Origin: Candidatus Eiseniibacteriota bacterium
GTDB taxonomy: Bacteria; Eisenbacteria; RBG-16-71-46
Direction: 5' to 3'
DNA length: 64,000 nt
Assembly: GCA_044223005.1 (NCBI GenBank)
Contig: JBGAML010000013.1
Span: 32,001 to 96,000 of the forward strand
Both the position numbers and the translations under genes were made by a program. The first letter of the stretch is position 1. Each line of letters starts with the position of its first letter. Shown piece by piece: positions 60,197 through 64,000 of this stretch. The notes beneath the pieces were generated by a model. That model was not told where the DNA came from. It worked only from the letters and a program-made list of their open reading frames with translations, and did not search any database.

Positions 60197-61240
60197 ATGA
60201 AGGCGATCGTCAAGACGACCCGCGGCCCCGGCGCCGAGGTTCGCGACGTACCCGTTCCCAGCCCGGGCATGGGCGAGGTGCTCCTGAAGGTCAAGCGTGC
60301 CGGCGTCTGCGGCACCGACCTGCACATCTGGAAGTGGGATCCCTGGGCCTCCGGACGCATGCGGCCCCCGGTCACGATCGGCCACGAGTTCGTGGGCGAG
60401 GTGGTCGAGATCGGCGTGGGCGTCGGCAACCTGAAGCTCGGCGACCTCGTCTCGTGCGAGAGTCACGTGGTCTGCCAGACCTGCCTGCCGTGCCGCACCG
60501 GCAACGGGCACGTCTGCGAGAACACGAAGATCCTCGGCGTGGACATCAACGGCGGCTTCGCGGAATACGTCGTGGTGCCCGCGGTCAACGCGTGGCATGC
60601 GCCGAAGAACGTCCCGATCGAAGTCGCCGCGATCATGGAGCCGTGCGGCAACGCGGTGCACACCGCGTACGCGGGTCCGCTCTCGGGCTGCAACATCGGC
60701 GTCACCGGCTGCGGCCCGATCGGCCTGTTCGCGATCGGCGTCGCGCGCGCTGCGGGCGCGGCCCACGTGTTCGCGTCGGACGTTTCGCCCTACCGGCTGG
60801 ACCTCGCCCGGAAGATGAAGGCCGACGCCGTGATCGACGTCTCCAAGGAGAACTTCGTCGAGCGCGTCCGCGAACTCACCGCGGGGCGCGGCCTGGACGG
60901 CGTGCTCGAGATGTCCGGCAAACCCGCCGCGATGCGCGATGGCCTCGCGGCCCTGCGCATGGGCGGACGCATGTCGCTGCTCGGCCTGCCCAGCGAGCCG
61001 TTCGAGCTCGACTGGAACAAGCTGCTGATCTTCAAGGGCATCACGCTCAACGGCATCATCGGCCGCCGCATGTACGACACGTGGTACCAACTCGACCAGA
61101 TGCTGACGTCCGGCAACCTCGACCTGCGTCCGGCGATCACCCACGTGATGCCGATGGAGGACGCGGCCCAGGCGGTCGCGCTGCTCGAAGAGGGCAAGGC
61201 CGGCAAGATCGTGCTCGTGCCCTGGGGCGAGAAGGCGTAG
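60197..61240 (+). CDS. tdh: L-threonine 3-dehydrogenase
   Basis: CGTDLHI..WD.WA, GHEF, structural Zn Cys cluster, GCGPIG, LEMSG, GIIGRRMYDTWY; adjacent to kbl (alternative start 60140). Confidence 0.93.
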   Translation: MKAIVKTTRGPGAEVRDVPVPSPGMGEVLLKVKRAGVCGTDLHIWKWDPWASGRMRPPVTIGHEFVGEVVEIGVGVGNLKLGDLVSCESHVVCQTCLPCRTGNGHVCENTKILGVDINGGFAEYVVVPAVNAWHAPKNVPIEVAAIMEPCGNAVHTAYAGPLSGCNIGVTGCGPIGLFAIGVARAAGAAHVFASDVSPYRLDLARKMKADAVIDVSKENFVERVRELTAGRGLDGVLEMSGKPAAMRDGLAALRMGGRMSLLGLPSEPFELDWNKLLIFKGITLNGIIGRRMYDTWYQLDQMLTSGNLDLRPAITHVMPMEDAAQAVALLEEGKAGKIVLVPWGEKA

Positions 61241-61251
61241 GGGGGGCGGCC

Positions 61252-62460
61252 ATGTTCGACACGATGAAGCCGGTGCTCGCCGAGGAACTGCGCAAGATCC
61301 GCGAAGCAGGCCTCTACAAGAGCGAGCGCGTGATCGCGTCGCCGCAGGGCGCGGAGGTCACGCTCGAGGACGGCCGGAAGGTCCTCGTCTTCTGCGCGAA
61401 CAACTACCTCGGGCTCTCGAGTCACCCGAAGGTGATCGAGGCGGCGCATGCCGCGCTGGATTCGCACGGGTTCGGCATGTCGTCCGTGCGCTTCATCTGC
61501 GGCACGCAGGACCTGCACAAGCAGCTCGAGAAGCGGATCGCGGAGTTCGTCGGCACCGAGGACACGATCCTCTACGCCGCCTGCTTCGACGCCAACGGCG
61601 GCGTGTTCGAGCCGCTGCTGGGCGAGGCGGACGCCGTGATCAGCGACGAGCTGAACCACGCGTCGATCATCGACGGCGTGCGGCTCTGCAAGGCCCAGCG
61701 CTGGCGCTACAAGAACAACGACATGGCCGACCTCGAGCGCTGCCTGCGCGAAGCGGACGCGAAGGGCTGCCCGCAGAAGCTCGTGGTCACCGACGGCGTC
61801 TTCAGCATGGACGGCACGATCGCGAACATGAAGGGCGTCGTCGAGATGGCCGAGAAGTACCGCGCCCTCGTGATGACGGACGAGTGCCACTCGATGGGAT
61901 TCGTCGGCCGCACGGGCCGGGGAACGCCGGAGCTGCACGGCGTGCAGGGCCGCGTCGACATCATCACGGGCACGCTCGGTAAGGCGCTGGGCGGCGCGCT
62001 GGGCGGCTTCACGACCGGCCGGCGGGAAGTGATCGAGATGCTGCGCCAGCGTTCGCGGCCGTACCTGTTCTCGAACGCGCTGCCGCCCGCGGTCCTCGGG
62101 GCGAGCCTCGCGGTGTTCGACCTGCTGTCGCGGACGACGGAACTCCGCGACCGGCTCGAGGCCAACACGACGCGGTTCCGCGAGCGCATGACGGCCGCCG
62201 GGTTCGAGATCAAGCCGGGCACGCACCCGATCGTCCCGATCATGCTCTACGACGAACGGCTCGCCCACGACATGGCCGCGGAACTGCTCGAGCGCGGCAT
62301 CTACGTGATCGGGTTCTCGTTCCCCGTCGTGCCCCGCGGCCAGGCGCGGATCCGAGTCCAGCTCTCGGCGGCGCACACGACCGAACAGGTGGACCGCGCC
62401 GTCGACGCGTTCACCGAGATCGGCCGCAAGCTCGGCGTCCTCAAGGGGGCGGCGCGCTGA
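61252..62460 (+). CDS. kbl: glycine C-acetyltransferase (2-amino-3-ketobutyrate CoA ligase)
   Basis: FCANNYLGL, SVRFICGTQD.H, LNHASIIDG, DGVFSMDG, GTLGKALGG (PLP Lys), RSRPYLFSN. Confidence 0.96.
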   Translation: MFDTMKPVLAEELRKIREAGLYKSERVIASPQGAEVTLEDGRKVLVFCANNYLGLSSHPKVIEAAHAALDSHGFGMSSVRFICGTQDLHKQLEKRIAEFVGTEDTILYAACFDANGGVFEPLLGEADAVISDELNHASIIDGVRLCKAQRWRYKNNDMADLERCLREADAKGCPQKLVVTDGVFSMDGTIANMKGVVEMAEKYRALVMTDECHSMGFVGRTGRGTPELHGVQGRVDIITGTLGKALGGALGGFTTGRREVIEMLRQRSRPYLFSNALPPAVLGASLAVFDLLSRTTELRDRLEANTTRFRERMTAAGFEIKPGTHPIVPIMLYDERLAHDMAAELLERGIYVIGFSFPVVPRGQARIRVQLSAAHTTEQVDRAVDAFTEIGRKLGVLKGAAR

Positions 62461-62516
62461 TCGTGGCGCGGTGCGGCGCGGCCCCGGGCCGCGCCGCTCG
62501 CCGCGTCCCGCCGGTC

Positions 62517-62546
62517 TTGACCGTTTCGCGCACGCCCCGCTAACGT
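62517..62546 (+). promoter_or_regulatory. candidate sigma70 promoter for gcvT-gcvH
   Basis: TTGACC-18 bp-TAACGT; AAGGAG RBS before GTG 62578. Confidence 0.55.
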
Positions 62547-62577
62547 GCCCGCGAACACCTCACCCAAGGAGTCCCGC

Positions 62578-63687
62578 GTGCAGCCTGCCACCGCGCCCAA
62601 GCGCACCCCGTTCCACGCGTATCACGCCCAGGCGGGCGCGAAGCTCGTGGACTTCGCCGGTTTCGAAATGCCCGTGCGCTACACGGGCGACGTCCGCGAG
62701 CACCTCGCCGTCCGCAACGGCGTCGGCCTGTTCGACATCACGCACATGGGCGAGTTCGACGTGCGCGGCCCCGGCGCGACCGAGTGGCTGAACCACGTCG
62801 TCACGAACGACGTCGCCGCGCTCGAGGTGGGGCAGGCGCTCTATTCGCCCATGTGCCGACCCGACGCCGGCATCGTGGACGACCTCCTGGTCTACCGTTA
62901 CGCCGATCACCACATGGTCGTCGTGAACGCCTCGAACATGGCCAAGGACTTCGCGTGGATGCGCCAGTCGGTGCCCGCGGGCGTCCAGTTCGAGGACCAC
63001 TCCGACCGCACGTCGCTGCTCGCCGTCCAGGGCCCGAAGGCCGCGGACGTGCTGCGCGGCCACGTGCCCGCCGCCGCGCTCGAACTCGGTTACTACCGGT
63101 TCACGACCGGCGAGCTGTTCGGCGTGCCGGCGACGATCTCGCGCACCGGTTACACGGGCGAAGACGGCTTCGAGCTTTACTTCGCGAACGAGTACGCGAC
63201 CCGCGTCTGGGACGGCGTGATCGCCGCGGGCAAGCCCCACGGGCTCGAGCTCATCGGCCTGGGCGCGCGCGACACGCTGCGCCTCGAGATGGGCTACATG
63301 CTCTACGGAAACGACATCGACGACACCACGACGCCTCTCGAGGCCGGGCTCGGCTGGACGGTGAAGCTCGCCAAGGCGGACTTCTCGGGCAAGGCGACGC
63401 TGGTGAAGCAGAAGGCCGAGGGCCTCAAGCGCAAGCTGGTCGGCTTTCAGCTCGACGGCCGGCGCGTGCCGCGACACGGCATGGCGATCCTCTCCGGTGG
63501 CCGCGTGGTGGGGCAGGTGACGAGCGGGACGTTCAGTCCCAGCCTCGAGCGCCCCATCGGCATGGGTTACGTGGAAGCCGCGCTCGCTCCCGTGGGGACG
63601 GCGCTCGAAATCCAGGCAGGTACGACGATGCTGCCCGCGCGGGTGACCGCGCGGCCGTTCCATACCCGCGGCTCGCACAAGTCCTGA
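62578..63687 (+). CDS. gcvT: glycine cleavage system aminomethyltransferase T
   Basis: [56 protein letters not shown]. Confidence 0.96.
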   Translation: MQPATAPKRTPFHAYHAQAGAKLVDFAGFEMPVRYTGDVREHLAVRNGVGLFDITHMGEFDVRGPGATEWLNHVVTNDVAALEVGQALYSPMCRPDAGIVDDLLVYRYADHHMVVVNASNMAKDFAWMRQSVPAGVQFEDHSDRTSLLAVQGPKAADVLRGHVPAAALELGYYRFTTGELFGVPATISRTGYTGEDGFELYFANEYATRVWDGVIAAGKPHGLELIGLGARDTLRLEMGYMLYGNDIDDTTTPLEAGLGWTVKLAKADFSGKATLVKQKAEGLKRKLVGFQLDGRRVPRHGMAILSGGRVVGQVTSGTFSPSLERPIGMGYVEAALAPVGTALEIQAGTTMLPARVTARPFHTRGSHKS

Positions 63688-63704
63688 GCCGCAAGGAGGC
63701 ACAC

Positions 63705-64000
63705 GTGTCGTTTCCGGACGATGTCCGCTACACGCAGGAGCACGAGTGGGCCCGCGAGGACGCGGGAGTGGTGACGGTCGGCATCACGAGCTACGCCACC
63801 GAGCAGCTCGGTGACGTGGTGTTCGTGGAGCTGCCGGAGGTCGGGCGTGCGGTCGAGGCCGGCAAGGCCTTCGGCGTCGTCGAAGCCGTGAAGACGGTGA
63901 GCGACCTCTACGCGCCGGTGAGCGGGGAGATCGTCGAGGTGAACGGTTCGCTCGGCGACAATCCGGCGCTCGTCAACCAGTCGCCGTACGGTGACGGCTG
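63705..64000 (+). CDS. gcvH: glycine cleavage system protein H (3'-truncated by window edge)
   Basis: Own translation: [15 protein letters not shown]...[17 protein letters not shown]...VEAVKTVSD (lipoyl Lys)...[19 protein letters not shown]. Confidence 0.95.
   Translation, partial: MSFPDDVRYTQEHEWAREDAGVVTVGITSYATEQLGDVVFVELPEVGRAVEAGKAFGVVEAVKTVSDLYAPVSGEIVEVNGSLGDNPALVNQSPYGDG

Noticed and set aside
62461..62577. Glycine riboswitch upstream of gcvT
   Set aside because: The region is short, holds a promoter about 30 nt before the start codon, and lacks the GGAGA/CTCTCAGG aptamer motifs.

Overview
High-GC bacterial chromosomal window made almost entirely of co-oriented (+ strand) housekeeping and envelope operons. 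In order: htrA (partial), purB-purL-purQ-purS-like-purF, lysS-lolC/E-lolD-mcsA-mcsB-clpC, bamA-skp-lpxD-lpxC/fabZ-lpxA-gnnA-like-lpxB-DUF374-waaA-lpxK-nadB, a small conserved protein, msbA, two GT9 heptosyltransferases, proS, a gmhB fusion, asnS, a Yip1-TolC-MacAB-type exporter, uvrA, and tdh-kbl-gcvT-gcvH (partial). The lpxC-fabZ fusion, mcsAB-clpC next to bamA and a FlgD/T9SS-like C-terminal domain point to a diderm, FCB-affiliated lineage such as Eisenbacteria/Gemmatimonadota (inference). I saw no rRNA, intact tRNA, CRISPR array, transposase or integrase. The most interesting loci are: (1) an ExbB-ExbD-ExbD-TonB motor operon preceded by a divergent PstS-fold lipoprotein, a periplasmic TPR protein and two STAS anti-anti-sigma proteins, with no receptor, kinase or sigma factor nearby; (2) a minus-strand pair encoding a TPR/polytopic/Cys-rich protein and a DUF4388-TM-pseudopilin-like protein; (3) a secreted thermolysin-like metalloprotease with about 7 Ig/PKD-like repeats whose frame is broken by one in-frame TAA upstream of its C-terminal sorting domain; (4) a tandem-duplicated single-chain PurS-like protein. 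All family calls come from motif recognition by eye, not from database searches.
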